DNA of 64,000 nt, from sequence record LR745206.1; one strand, given 5' to 3'. Positions 9,916 through 19,848 of the stretch are shown piece after piece (within the stretch, counting starts at the first letter, position 1; each line of letters begins with the position of its first letter). Made by a program: the position numbers and the translations under genes. The notes under the pieces are model-generated. The model did not search any database. It was not told where the DNA came from and saw only the letters and a program-made list of their open reading frames with translations.

Positions 9916-10908
9916 TTATTTTTTAGATAGTTCTTTAATTCTTTTAGAACCAGCATCTTTTACACTTTTAGCAGTCTCATCTTTCAAAGCTTTTTCAACC
10001 TCTTCAATAGTTCCTAATGAGTATATGTCTTTTATTCTTTGGGACGCATGCTTTTTCCGAATAGAATTTTTCTCAACTTGATTTTTCTTGTCAATAATCT
10101 TTTCTTCTGTTCGAACATCTTCCTGTATTGGTTTGATGTTAGGGGCTCCATAAACTAATTGTTTAATTTTATCAGTTATAGTATCTTTTATAATACTTGG
10201 ATTTTTTAATATTTTATTAGTAAATTCATCAGCTAAAAACTCTATTAAACTAGTATCATATGAATCTTCCATCATCTCGATAAAATCCAATCTAGGAATT
10301 TTATCAGATATCTCAATATTTATATCAAATTTTACATTTCGTTTAACACCTTTGAACATTGTTAAAATTGGATCATCAACTGTAATTCTTTGAACTGGTG
10401 GTTCATCACGATTAACCTCAACTCTCTGAACATTGTTATCCACATCAATTGTTTGTGTTCTTTTCTGAGGAACGGGTGGTAAATCTTCTTCATCTAATAA
10501 TTTAGAAAATGCTTCATTTTGTTTTGATAGAGCATCATTATTATTATTTTCCACTCCGTATTTTCTAGCCAATTCAGCCATTTCATCTTCCTCGGTTGTC
10601 ATAATAACAGCACTTTCATTGGTTGTTGGTTGTAATCCACCACCAACATCAATAGATACAACACCATCATCATCAACTATTTGACTTGTTGGTATATTCT
10701 TGATTTTATCAGCTAATGAATTATAAGCATTTTGATTATTAAAGAATGAACTAGGATCTATTTGTTCTGTATATTGGTTAATATCTAGTAAACTACTAAC
10801 ATCCAATTTTTGCTTATTTTCTAAAATAGCAATATTTTCAAATGAATCAATTACTTTAACAGTCTCTCCTGTCTTATTGTGTTTGAAAACTTTATTCGCT
10901 AAACTCAT
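9916..10908 (-). CDS. hypothetical protein
   Basis: 330 aa ORF with natural codon usage, no recognised motif. Confidence 0.6.
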   Translation of the reverse strand: MSLANKVFKHNKTGETVKVIDSFENIAILENKQKLDVSSLLDINQYTEQIDPSSFFNNQNAYNSLADKIKNIPTSQIVDDDGVVSIDVGGGLQPTTNESAVIMTTEEDEMAELARKYGVENNNNDALSKQNEAFSKLLDEEDLPPVPQKRTQTIDVDNNVQRVEVNRDEPPVQRITVDDPILTMFKGVKRNVKFDINIEISDKIPRLDFIEMMEDSYDTSLIEFLADEFTNKILKNPSIIKDTITDKIKQLVYGAPNIKPIQEDVRTEEKIIDKKNQVEKNSIRKKHASQRIKDIYSLGTIEEVEKALKDETAKSVKDAGSKRIKELSKK

Positions 10909-10992
10909 ATTTTATTTATTATTTTTATAGCCGTCTGTATATAACTTGACTTTATCTTTATATAACCAGATTTTAAATAGTTTATAAAAAAC

Positions 10993-11027
10993 AAAAAAAT
11001 CCTATATTATTAGTATAGGATTTTTTT
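10993..11027. terminator. intrinsic terminator (bidirectional-type)
   Basis: AAAAAAATCCTATA-loop-TATAGGATTTTTTT, downstream of the SSB gene. Confidence 0.8.
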
Positions 11028-11043
11028 TATGATTTTTTATTGA

Positions 11044-12018
11044 TTATAAATCAGCGAAGAAATCATCTTCTTCTTCTGCCGCTCCTGATGTAGCTGGTTG
11101 GCTATTTGATTCCGAGAAATTATTCTCAAAGTCAAAATCATCAGATGATGGACTTGATTTAGTGTTTGAGTTAAAGCTTCCAGAAGATTTACCTGTTAAG
11201 AAGTTACTAATTTCTGTAATTTTAGCTTGTTGCTCATCGTTCAATGGTTTTGGAGAAAAGTCTTCTAAATTATGACCTCGGTCTAATAAGAATTCTTTAA
11301 TCTTGCTTTGAACTTTACCATCAATCTTACCTTCTTCATTAAGAGGAGCGTTTTTGAATTCACCCTTTTCTTTGAAATAAATAGGTAGTGATGTTGCCTC
11401 TGGTCTGAACATACTCATCTTGTAGTCAGGATAAGTTTCATCACCAGTTTGGATTTCTTTAACTACAAGAACAAAATCTTTACCAGCAGATAAGTCAAAT
11501 ACGTTACATTGAACTCCAGAAATTTCTCCATTTCTTTCTGCTGAAATTTTATCTTTAATAGTTTTACCATACTGCATAATCATTATCTGACCAACTAGTT
11601 CTGGTTGTTGTTCGTCTTCAAGAACAAGTACATAAGAGTAATACTTCTTAGAATACTTTAACATTTTTGATTTTTCAATCAAAATTGCATTCTTTGAATT
11701 TTGCATTGAGTAATAAAGATCTGTAAGAGGACATTTTTCACCAAAATTCTTTGGACTATCGAACCAACCTCTTAGTTCTTTTGGATTTTTAATATCAACA
11801 TAATGAGTTATTTTCTCAATTGCTGATTGACCCACTTTACCATCTTGAGTCAAGTTAGGTAGAAATCTAACTACTGATCTCCATCCTTTTTTCTTATCTT
11901 TCGCTTTTGAAAGATCAACACGGTAGATACCGTCATTGTTTGTTGCTTTTTGTTCATTTAAGAAGTCCATCTTTGAGTCAAGACCACCATTAAATAAATC
12001 ATCTAATTCTTCTGCCAT
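11044..12018 (-). CDS. gp32: single-stranded DNA-binding protein, T4 gp32-like
   Basis: VVRFLPN, CP, KKYYSYVLV, YGKTIKDKI, FDLSAGKDF, YPDYKMSMF, acidic tail ending DDFFADL. Confidence 0.85.
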   Translation of the reverse strand: MAEELDDLFNGGLDSKMDFLNEQKATNNDGIYRVDLSKAKDKKKGWRSVVRFLPNLTQDGKVGQSAIEKITHYVDIKNPKELRGWFDSPKNFGEKCPLTDLYYSMQNSKNAILIEKSKMLKYSKKYYSYVLVLEDEQQPELVGQIMIMQYGKTIKDKISAERNGEISGVQCNVFDLSAGKDFVLVVKEIQTGDETYPDYKMSMFRPEATSLPIYFKEKGEFKNAPLNEEGKIDGKVQSKIKEFLLDRGHNLEDFSPKPLNDEQQAKITEISNFLTGKSSGSFNSNTKSSPSSDDFDFENNFSESNSQPATSGAAEEEDDFFADL

Positions 12019-12064
12019 TATTGCCGTTTTTTTTTTAATTATTCGAGTTTTTGACTCGATATAT

Positions 12065-12092
12065 GTTATATTAATTGTGATTGATAAAGTTT
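12065..12092 (-). promoter_or_regulatory. putative phage middle promoter AAACTT-N16-TATAAC
   Basis: Same bipartite motif and spacing seen at five other sites. Confidence 0.45.
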
Positions 12093-12129
12093 AAGAAATG
12101 TTTGTTTTATTTAACTTTTTTTTCTTATC

Positions 12130-12621
12130 TTATAAGAATTTTTTCACCAACTCTTTATTATACTCCCCGTTTGGATCCGAAACGAGTTCTGATGTTATTA
12201 AATTCTGGTATTGTATATCATTAACTTTATAAAGTTTTATATCCATAATAAATAAAGGTACAAGATCACCAGTTTCTTCATCCACAAAATCCTCCTTACG
12301 TATATCACCAATTGGTCTGAATCCTGTAGCATCATAAAGCCTTTCCAAACATTCATAGAAAGTATCCATATCTTCTATATCCAATACGAAATTACTAAGA
12401 TTAATATATGGTAAACCAATTAGATTATTTGGAGCATGTCCACCCATTGATGTAGTATATCCAAATTCTTTAACACTTAATGTTGTATTGTATTGATAAT
12501 TATCAGTTATATCATAGAAAAATTCAGATATATCCAATTCACTTGGGAATCTTTTTATTTCTGAATCTGTCATATCATTAGATGTTAATTCAAACACTTT
12601 ATATTTCTTTAGATATTTCAA
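12130..12621 (-). CDS. hypothetical protein, CTS-like N-terminus
   Basis: MKYLKKYKVFE. Confidence 0.7.
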   Translation of the reverse strand: MKYLKKYKVFELTSNDMTDSEIKRFPSELDISEFFYDITDNYQYNTTLSVKEFGYTTSMGGHAPNNLIGLPYINLSNFVLDIEDMDTFYECLERLYDATGFRPIGDIRKEDFVDEETGDLVPLFIMDIKLYKVNDIQYQNLITSELVSDPNGEYNKELVKKFL

Positions 12622-13850
12622 AATTTTAATAATATTTTAACTGTATAATCATAGATATCTCTATTGTCATCAAATCTTCTATCCTCTCTACTCATGTCAA
12701 ATATGACATCATCATATTCCAATGTTGGTAATATACTCGGTAGCACTTCATCCAAATCAGATTCTAATTTTTTAAGATTCATAGTTCCTGATGTGTGTGT
12801 ATCTCTATGACCACCTATATCAATCAATACACATGGAACATACATATCTAAAATATTTATAGGACTATATTTTTGTAGTTTTTGTATAGCATATTTATGT
12901 TTAGATAAAACATCACTATTAACAACTTCATAATCCATTATGTTAAAATTAACACATTGATATTTTTTATCTGTTACATATTCTTCGGATTCATCTTGTC
13001 TAATATAAATTTCATCTTTCCAACTACCAAGTTTAAATGTTGGTGCAAGAATATCTCTTATAATTTCATTCATTATCATTAAATACCTTTTCTCATCCGT
13101 TAAATTTGAAACTGGCATTGTGCCATTATATTTTCTTTTATTTGGTTCATCAATTTTTTCATAATCACCATATATTATAGATGTTGTTACCCATTTATCT
13201 TTATCGGTTGGTATATCATCCCAGATTTCATAAAGTCTATCATTAACATAATCAATATCTACCTTTTTCATAGCTTCCCAAGCTTTTGATAAGTGTCTAT
13301 TTATTATATCAAACCAACCATCCCCAATAAAATGATCTACCCAATGCTTTATCTCTGATTGATCAAGTTTATTATCACTATTATAATGTATGTCATTATA
13401 AAAATCATAAATGCTATATTTTTGTTTAATAGATTCATTCAAATCTTTCTCATCTAATAATCTACCATAATCATCTTCTGAGTAAATTAGTAAAGATATA
13501 CCACTTGAACCAAATTCCTCATCACCATAAACATAAATAAATCTATCCAATTCCATCCAATCACCACCACTAATTTCAACATCAATACCATAACCAGCAT
13601 CTTTTCTAAAACAATATTCTTCTATTCTCTCAACAGTTTCTTTTATATCATTATATGTGAAAAACTCAGTTGAAATTTGAACATCCAATGCTTTAATAGA
13701 ATCCGTAAACATAGGTGGTGTATAATTAACTTCTTTAATATTTATATCAAACCCAGAATCAGACAATTCTAGTGTCATATCTCTTACATCCTCAATTAAA
13801 TTTGAAAAAGAGGAAGATTCAAATAATTTATATTTGGTTAAATATTTCAT
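12618..13850 (-). CDS. hypothetical protein, CTS-like N-terminus and internal LNES site
   Basis: MKYLTKYKLFES...DLNESIKQK. Confidence 0.7.
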   Translation of the reverse strand: MKYLTKYKLFESSSFSNLIEDVRDMTLELSDSGFDINIKEVNYTPPMFTDSIKALDVQISTEFFTYNDIKETVERIEEYCFRKDAGYGIDVEISGGDWMELDRFIYVYGDEEFGSSGISLLIYSEDDYGRLLDEKDLNESIKQKYSIYDFYNDIHYNSDNKLDQSEIKHWVDHFIGDGWFDIINRHLSKAWEAMKKVDIDYVNDRLYEIWDDIPTDKDKWVTTSIIYGDYEKIDEPNKRKYNGTMPVSNLTDEKRYLMIMNEIIRDILAPTFKLGSWKDEIYIRQDESEEYVTDKKYQCVNFNIMDYEVVNSDVLSKHKYAIQKLQKYSPINILDMYVPCVLIDIGGHRDTHTSGTMNLKKLESDLDEVLPSILPTLEYDDVIFDMSREDRRFDDNRDIYDYTVKILLKF

Positions 13851-14260
13851 GGTCTTATTAATAATCTTATGATACTATCATCACCATTTTCAAAAAATAT
13901 CTCTGATGGTTTATAAATAGTTTTAAATCTATCAACATCCTCTTTTAATTGATTAACTATATTATAATAACTATCAAAATCTTCCATCTTTGCTTTATCA
14001 TAAAAATCATGGTGAAAAGATAATTCAAAACCCTCAACACAAGTTAGTAATTGTCTTTGATCACATTTTGCACCCAAAAGTTTCATACCACTGAAATCAT
14101 TATGTGCCCAATCCATCTTACTATTAGGATTAAAATAAACAATATCAATAACAGTAGCTGATCCAGATTCACAAAGGTCAAATGTATGGGCAAAGAAGTT
14201 TTGCAAATCATCTTTAGATAACTCTTGATTATTTTCATTAAATCTTCTTAAATGATTCAT
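13847..14260 (-). CDS. hypothetical protein, CTS-like N-terminus
   Basis: MNHLRRFNEN. Confidence 0.7.
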   Translation of the reverse strand: MNHLRRFNENNQELSKDDLQNFFAHTFDLCESGSATVIDIVYFNPNSKMDWAHNDFSGMKLLGAKCDQRQLLTCVEGFELSFHHDFYDKAKMEDFDSYYNIVNQLKEDVDRFKTIYKPSEIFFENGDDSIIRLLIRP

Positions 14261-15573
14261 TTTTTTCTAATAACTTTTATTCTCTCAGTTTGATATTCCA
14301 TTATATCTACCTCTTGGTGTTGTTTCAATAAATCAACCATACCTTGATACATCTGAACTGTTATTCGACAATCAGTAATAGCATCGTGATATCCAGACAT
14401 ATTAATACCAAGAGCAGGTCCTATTTTTGACATTGATGATGATATTAAACCACCATCTCTTGGTGACTTACCGATAGCATCAATCATCTCTTTATATTTA
14501 ACATCACTTTCAGCTAGTTTCTGTAATAATGGTAAAAAATATAATTGTATTAGCATTTTAGTATCAAATACCTCATTTTTAATTTTATGTCCATATCTAC
14601 CAGCTAACATAGCCATATCAAAGGCAGCATTTTGTGCAATTAATAAACAAGGCTCATAATCAGAGATGAATTGAAAAAAGTCATTAATAACTTGTTCTTC
14701 ATCTTTATATTTATAACCACCAGATCCATATCTGTTAAATCCTAGAACCCATTTAGTCCTATCTTCTGGTTCGTTATATTTAGACTTTGTATCTTTTGTT
14801 AGTTTTATTTTCTCATCAAATTTACCAAGTTCGCTAAATTTATTATTATTAAAATCACACTCAGTTACTAAACATGAAACTTGTGTTAGTTGTTCATTCC
14901 TAGGACCATTTAATCCAGTAGTTTCTGTATCTAACCAAACCCAAGGCATATCAGTTTTAGAATCTAACCAAGATAGTATTTCTGGTATAGTTTTATACCA
15001 CATCTTATTTTCATTTATCGATTCTGATATCTTATTAATATCAAATTTATATTCTTTACCAATAGCATCAGAATATGTTATTTTATTTATGTTTTTAACT
15101 GTATATTTATAGTCTGGTTTAATATATTTCTTACCAGTGCCCTTTTTAACATAAGCAATTGTTAAGTGTGGTTTATAATCAGGATATTCATTTGAATTTG
15201 GTAACTCAGATAATTTATCAAACAAATATTGTAATGATCCCTTTGGTTCTACATTGAACTTAACAACATCAAATTTAGAATTCTCAAATATATCAACACC
15301 ATTAACCTCAATATCTATATCACCATCAAAGGAGTCGAATACAGACTTAACTTCTTCTATTGATACTTCCTTATGTAAACCATATAATAATGTAAGGTGT
15401 GGTCTCTTTTGTATACCATAAGTCGAATCACCATCTTCCTCATAGATATCTTCTGGATCAATCCAAGATGTAATTTCTTCCCAGTTTGAAACTGGGACAT
15501 CAATCATAACACAACCATATTTGTGTCCGTTTATAGATTCTTTTATAAATTGCTTGTATTTCTTTAATTTCAT
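14257..15573 (-). CDS. Acb1/gp57B-like 2H phosphodiesterase fused to DEDDh (DnaQ-like) exonuclease, CTS-like N-terminus
   Basis: MKLKKYKQFIKES. Two HxT motifs (RPHLTLLYG, KPHLTIAY), then LDTETTG, QNAAFD, HDAITD. Confidence 0.85.
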   Translation of the reverse strand: MKLKKYKQFIKESINGHKYGCVMIDVPVSNWEEITSWIDPEDIYEEDGDSTYGIQKRPHLTLLYGLHKEVSIEEVKSVFDSFDGDIDIEVNGVDIFENSKFDVVKFNVEPKGSLQYLFDKLSELPNSNEYPDYKPHLTIAYVKKGTGKKYIKPDYKYTVKNINKITYSDAIGKEYKFDINKISESINENKMWYKTIPEILSWLDSKTDMPWVWLDTETTGLNGPRNEQLTQVSCLVTECDFNNNKFSELGKFDEKIKLTKDTKSKYNEPEDRTKWVLGFNRYGSGGYKYKDEEQVINDFFQFISDYEPCLLIAQNAAFDMAMLAGRYGHKIKNEVFDTKMLIQLYFLPLLQKLAESDVKYKEMIDAIGKSPRDGGLISSSMSKIGPALGINMSGYHDAITDCRITVQMYQGMVDLLKQHQEVDIMEYQTERIKVIRKK

Positions 15574-15596
15574 ACTCTATATATTTTATTTCTATG

Positions 15597-15626
15597 TTGG
15601 AAATTAAAAAAGATTCCTTATATTTG
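15597..15626 (+). promoter_or_regulatory. Bacteroidota-type primary sigma promoter TTG-N19-TATATTTG
   Basis: TTG 15597..15599, TAnnTTTG 15619..15626. Confidence 0.65.
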
Positions 15627-15657
15627 TTGGAAGTCAAATAAAATAAAAACTATCAAT

Positions 15658-15819
15658 ATGGAAAGATTCTCAATGAAAGAAGTATTAAAGAATAAGTTTG
15701 GTGAGTCTGAAAAGAACATCAAAACAAGTAGATCTACAAAAAGAGCTACTAATAAAGCTTCTGATGGAAAATATATCGTTAAAATTGTTGATGGTATTAA
15801 ATACATGATATTAAAATAA
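15658..15819 (+). CDS. small basic hypothetical protein (53 aa)
   Basis: MERFSMKEVLKNKFG...YMILK. Follows a host-type promoter and abuts the next ORF. Not in the ORF track. Confidence 0.6.
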   Translation: MERFSMKEVLKNKFGESEKNIKTSRSTKRATNKASDGKYIVKIVDGIKYMILK

Positions 15820-15820
15820 T

Positions 15821-16105
15821 ATGTTTAATAAAAACAGTGTGGATAGAAATCATATTCTCACTTTTCTAAATTATAGAGAAAGGGGTGGGGTTTCAATAAC
15901 TTGTACTTGTGGTAAGGAGATTATAACATTAGATGATTTTGAAATATCTGATGGTAGAATGCACAATGACCAACATACTGTTAATATTGAACCAATCACA
16001 GGTAAATTTATCCCATTTCAACTAACCGAAGTTTACTACAATGATGTTGTTTTACATATAGCATCAATTGAAAGAAACGATAAAATCAATAAAATAATAA
16101 AATAA
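15821..16105 (+). CDS. small protein with CxC motif and C-terminal tag
   Basis: ITCTCGKE, ends ERNDKINKIIK. Confidence 0.65.
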   Translation: MFNKNSVDRNHILTFLNYRERGGVSITCTCGKEIITLDDFEISDGRMHNDQHTVNIEPITGKFIPFQLTEVYYNDVVLHIASIERNDKINKIIK

Positions 16106-16110
16106 AATAT

Positions 16111-16866
16111 ATGACAAAAGCAGATGTTTATAAAATGGTAATTGACATGCAAGTAAAAAGTGGTCAAGGATGTTCAGGAATTGTTAAATTGGGTAACGAA
16201 CCTATGGTTGGTCCTTATTTAGATGAATTGATTGAAGAAGGTCTTATAAAGGCTTGTGATACAGGTGGATCAATGGGTCACCCAGAGAGTAGAATTTTTT
16301 ATATGCCGACTAAGGGATATAATGTTTGGGAAGATGAAGATCCAAATGAATATTCTAGATTCAAGGGTAGAAATCTACACTTAGTTAGATTATATCTAGA
16401 TATTCTTCCAGAAGAACAAGGTAATAAATTTGACCTAACAAGAACTGTTATGTTAAGAGATCCTGAATGGATGAAAAAATACACCGAGTGGTTAGAAATT
16501 AACAAAGAGGAATTGGAAATTATGGTTAATCTTGATAATTTCTATGATGAACCAAATTTTGAATTCACACAAGAAGAAATTGATTATATCAAAACAAGAG
16601 GTTGGTATAAAGAAAATAAAACTATTAAAGAATGTCTTAAATCATCTAATAATTTCATTTCAGATAGAGAAGAAGTTATCTCAATTAATAAGAAACTAAT
16701 AAAACTTTATGAGTTGAAATCAGATGCTGAGAATATAGAAAATAGTAAGAAAGATATCGAAGATAATGAAAAACAAATTTTCGATAGAAAAAGAATTAAT
16801 AAGTGGTTGATGTCACAAGATGTTGATTCAAAAATACAAGATTTGTTACAAGAAGAATCTGTATAA
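16111..16866 (+). CDS. hypothetical protein
   Basis: 251 aa ORF ending before a bidirectional terminator. Confidence 0.65.
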   Translation: MTKADVYKMVIDMQVKSGQGCSGIVKLGNEPMVGPYLDELIEEGLIKACDTGGSMGHPESRIFYMPTKGYNVWEDEDPNEYSRFKGRNLHLVRLYLDILPEEQGNKFDLTRTVMLRDPEWMKKYTEWLEINKEELEIMVNLDNFYDEPNFEFTQEEIDYIKTRGWYKENKTIKECLKSSNNFISDREEVISINKKLIKLYELKSDAENIENSKKDIEDNEKQIFDRKRINKWLMSQDVDSKIQDLLQEESV

Positions 16867-16869
16867 AAC

Positions 16870-16897
16870 AAAAAAGAGACTTTAAAGTCTCTTTTTT
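16870..16897. terminator. bidirectional intrinsic terminator
   Basis: Palindrome AAAAAAGAGACTTTAAAGTCTCTTTTTT between convergent genes. Confidence 0.85.
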
Positions 16898-16899
16898 TA

Positions 16900-17175
16900 T
16901 TAGTTTAAGTTATAATTAATCATTCTTATATCTTCATCATCGTCATAATCTTCTTCATCATCGTCTCCATCAAAATCAAATCCCATATTTACTAAATAGG
17001 ACATAACTTCATCAGTTAACTCAAGATTTCCATCCCTCTCCTCCATAAAATTATCAAACATACTTGTTGTGAAGAATCCTTTTTCATCTTTGATTTTTTG
17101 TAATTTAGGTAATAAATCTTTAGCTATTTCCTCAGCCAATTTACCATACGATTCAAATGTTTTTAAATACTTCAT
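16900..17175 (-). CDS. acidic hypothetical protein, CTS-like N-terminus
   Basis: MKYLKTFES. Confidence 0.7.
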   Translation of the reverse strand: MKYLKTFESYGKLAEEIAKDLLPKLQKIKDEKGFFTTSMFDNFMEERDGNLELTDEVMSYLVNMGFDFDGDDDEEDYDDDEDIRMINYNLN

Positions 17176-17396
17176 TATCTTATTCCTTCATTTTTTAATG
17201 CCGCATTATGTGCATTGGAACCAATATAAGTTTCAACTCTCATTACATTAGGTTCACCCTCTTCAACATCCCAGGCTTCTTCTTCGGTCATAAACCATCT
17301 ATCACCAACATATCCATCACCAGCATCATATGCTCTACAATAGACAACGACTTTATCTGATTCATTACTCTCATTAAATTTATTTAAGTGTTTCAT
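17175..17396 (-). CDS. hypothetical protein, CTS-like N-terminus
   Basis: MKHLNKFNES. Paralog of the C-terminal half of 17399..17902. Confidence 0.7.
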   Translation of the reverse strand: MKHLNKFNESNESDKVVVYCRAYDAGDGYVGDRWFMTEEEAWDVEEGEPNVMRVETYIGSNAHNAALKNEGIR

Positions 17397-17398
17397 TA

Positions 17399-17902
17399 TT
17401 ATTTACTATTTCTTCTTGCTTTTCTATGTATATCTGATCCAATGAATGTCTCTACACTACCATTACAATGTTCACCCCATCCTTCATCTTGATTATCTTC
17501 CGCGGCTTCGGCTTCTTCATCTGTTAAATACCATTCTAAACTAACAGAACCATCACCATTATTCATACAAGCGTAATAAACAACAATCTTTTCAAGTGTG
17601 TTACCTGGTTTACTTACAATATTTGATGTATCTGATTCACTTCTGACATCATCCGCTATTATTTTCAAAAATCCATCTACATCACTAACTCTACCTGAGT
17701 TTATTACCATATCAAGATCTTCGATTGTCATATCAATATCATCATAAAGTTCACCTAATTCGGATAGAATATCAACACTAGCAGGTTCATCACCTTGCTC
17801 ATATTCAGATTCGTCATAATTTATAATAGAGTTGGATCTTGTTATAAAATCATTAACCTTATTATGGTTTACTGATTCATTAAATTTCTTTAAGTGTTTC
17901 AT
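17399..17902 (-). CDS. acidic hypothetical protein, CTS-like N-terminus
   Basis: MKHLKKFNES. Confidence 0.7.
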   Translation of the reverse strand: MKHLKKFNESVNHNKVNDFITRSNSIINYDESEYEQGDEPASVDILSELGELYDDIDMTIEDLDMVINSGRVSDVDGFLKIIADDVRSESDTSNIVSKPGNTLEKIVVYYACMNNGDGSVSLEWYLTDEEAEAAEDNQDEGWGEHCNGSVETFIGSDIHRKARRNSK

Positions 17903-18537
17903 TATTTCTTCTTCTTATTTTCACCACTAAAAGGACTTAGTAAATGTTTTAAATTCCAAGATGGAACAAACTTCTTATTATGTTTCTCAAAATCTTCATA
18001 TGATTCAATTCCTGTATCAATTGGATTTTGAGCATATTGTATATTAGCTCCTTGTTTAGATAAATCAGATATTCTATCACCAATATCAGTACCTTTAGTA
18101 AGTTTTCTTAATTTTTTAAGTTGATCAACTGTTTGTTGTCTAGGCAGTGATTCATTAATATTATCTTCTGAACCCCAAGTTTCGGTACCATCACCATTAT
18201 CAGTCTTTTTAAGTTTAAATCTTTTCTTCAAGTCATTCATTTGATCAAGAGCAGCATCCATATCTTCTGGTGATAAATTTGATAACATACTTCTTAATTC
18301 TTCCTCTGTATATGTATTCATCAAATCAACAGCATTTTTCAATTGTAATAGTTCTTGATACTCATCATTTTTAAGTATATTTTCTCCACACTCCGGGCAA
18401 GAAGCATCAACATGATTTGGATAATCTTCGAATGGTATAGACATATCATTCCAATCACAACTAGGATTATCACATTTCAATCCATGTATATCTAAACTAG
18501 CATCATCATTTTCATTAAATTTCTTTAAGTGATTCAT
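17902..18537 (-). CDS. zinc-ribbon protein, CTS-like N-terminus, internal INES site
   Basis: MNHLKKFNEN, CDNPSC...CPEC, DNINESLP. Confidence 0.7.
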   Translation of the reverse strand: MNHLKKFNENDDASLDIHGLKCDNPSCDWNDMSIPFEDYPNHVDASCPECGENILKNDEYQELLQLKNAVDLMNTYTEEELRSMLSNLSPEDMDAALDQMNDLKKRFKLKKTDNGDGTETWGSEDNINESLPRQQTVDQLKKLRKLTKGTDIGDRISDLSKQGANIQYAQNPIDTGIESYEDFEKHNKKFVPSWNLKHLLSPFSGENKKKK

Positions 18538-18809
18538 ATTTCATCCATAAATAATTTATCTAGGTAATCCCAAGTCTCTTGGTAACCACCATGTAATCCC
18601 CACTTATCTTCTAAGTAAGATGTTATATCATCAGCTTTATCCTCAACACCTAATTCATCATTATTAGCAACTTCTAAGAATTTGTTCTTTAAGTCTTCAT
18701 GTCCATCATAAAGATCAAAGTCTTTATCACTTAACCATTGATTAAATTTAACCCAATGTGATTGATATCCATCTCTATCAAACTCTTCAAATATTTTAAT
18801 ATGCTTCAT
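18534..18809 (-). CDS. hypothetical protein, CTS-like N-terminus
   Basis: MKHIKIFEE. Confidence 0.7.
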   Translation of the reverse strand: MKHIKIFEEFDRDGYQSHWVKFNQWLSDKDFDLYDGHEDLKNKFLEVANNDELGVEDKADDITSYLEDKWGLHGGYQETWDYLDKLFMDEI

Positions 18810-18832
18810 AAAAGTATTATTATTTTATATAG

Positions 18833-18841
18833 TATATATTA
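18833..18841 (-). promoter_or_regulatory. putative late promoter TAATATATA
   Basis: Exact motif heading the five-gene CTS operon. Confidence 0.55.
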
Positions 18842-18843
18842 AA

Positions 18844-18874
18844 TTGTTTTTGTTAAAAAAATTATCTACCTTTG
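18844..18874 (+). promoter_or_regulatory. Bacteroidota-type promoter TTG-N20-TACCTTTG
   Basis: TTG 18844..18846, TAnnTTTG 18867..18874. Confidence 0.6.
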
Positions 18875-18891
18875 TGTGTAAAATCAATATA

Positions 18892-19437
18892 GTGTTAAGT
18901 AATAAAAAGCAAAAGTGGTCAAAAAATAGAAAGCGTCTAAGGGATGCTTTAGAAAGCAATGTGCATGAGAACCAAATAGAAAATCTGGTAGAAAATTTCA
19001 AACTTTTAAGACCAGATGAATTTGAAACTTGTAAAGGATCATTATTGTTAATATCCATCAAAAGTGGATCTAAAGAATGTTCTGAGTTTTTAATAGAAAA
19101 TGGTGCTATTTGTAATCCTAACCTTATATTATTTGAGTGTAAATATGATAACATACACATTGTGTATGACTTAATAGATAATTTAGTTGAAAAATATCCA
19201 AATGCTTTCACACAAAAATTTTCAATAAATAAGAAATCCTTAATATCAAGAGTTATTGATCCATCAAAAGTTAGTGATAATGATAAAAGGATTGATTATG
19301 TTTTTGATCAAATGTTATTCTTCGGATATAAAGAAGTAAGAGAAGTAATTGATGAAAACTATAAATCTAAACCTGAAAAATGGTCTAAATTAATATCAGT
19401 GATTAGGGAAATTAAATTAAGAGAATTAGGAATATGA
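18892..19437 (+). CDS. ankyrin-like repeat protein with C-terminal tag
   Basis: Probable GTG start 18892. LLISIKSGSKECSEFLIENGAICN resembles an ankyrin repeat. Ends IREIKLRELGI. Confidence 0.55.
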   Translation: MLSNKKQKWSKNRKRLRDALESNVHENQIENLVENFKLLRPDEFETCKGSLLLISIKSGSKECSEFLIENGAICNPNLILFECKYDNIHIVYDLIDNLVEKYPNAFTQKFSINKKSLISRVIDPSKVSDNDKRIDYVFDQMLFFGYKEVREVIDENYKSKPEKWSKLISVIREIKLRELGI

Positions 19438-19832
19438 AATTAGTATATAAAAACGATAAATATCCTTGTGTTTTAAAAAGTGAAATGGAACCAAACATGT
19501 GGTATAATATGGAACCTATTAAACTAACAGTGACCATACCAATGACTGATTACTTTAATATTAGAACAGATATTAAAGATTGTAATGATCAGTTCCATTT
19601 CAAACTACTTGTTGATAAAAGAGATAGGGTGAATAACTTTAGCAATGAGTTTGTTGCCGGCCTTTGGTCAATAGATTCAAACTTTGAAAGATCAACAATT
19701 ACATCTAGCTTTAGTAAGGGTGTGGTTAATGTAATATTCAAATTACACATAGTTGATAGAGAGCTTAATGATAAAAGTGAATTAAGGGATTTAATAATAA
19801 ATGATTTATTTAAAAGTGAAAAAGCCGAGTAG
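19434..19832 (+). CDS. hypothetical protein with C-terminal tag variant
   Basis: Ends LRDLIINDLFKSEKAE. Confidence 0.6.
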   Translation: MKLVYKNDKYPCVLKSEMEPNMWYNMEPIKLTVTIPMTDYFNIRTDIKDCNDQFHFKLLVDKRDRVNNFSNEFVAGLWSIDSNFERSTITSSFSKGVVNVIFKLHIVDRELNDKSELRDLIINDLFKSEKAE

Positions 19833-19848
19833 CGAATTCGGCTTTTTC
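19818..19848. terminator. bidirectional intrinsic terminator
   Basis: GAAAAAGCCGA-loop-TCGGCTTTTTC. Confidence 0.8.
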
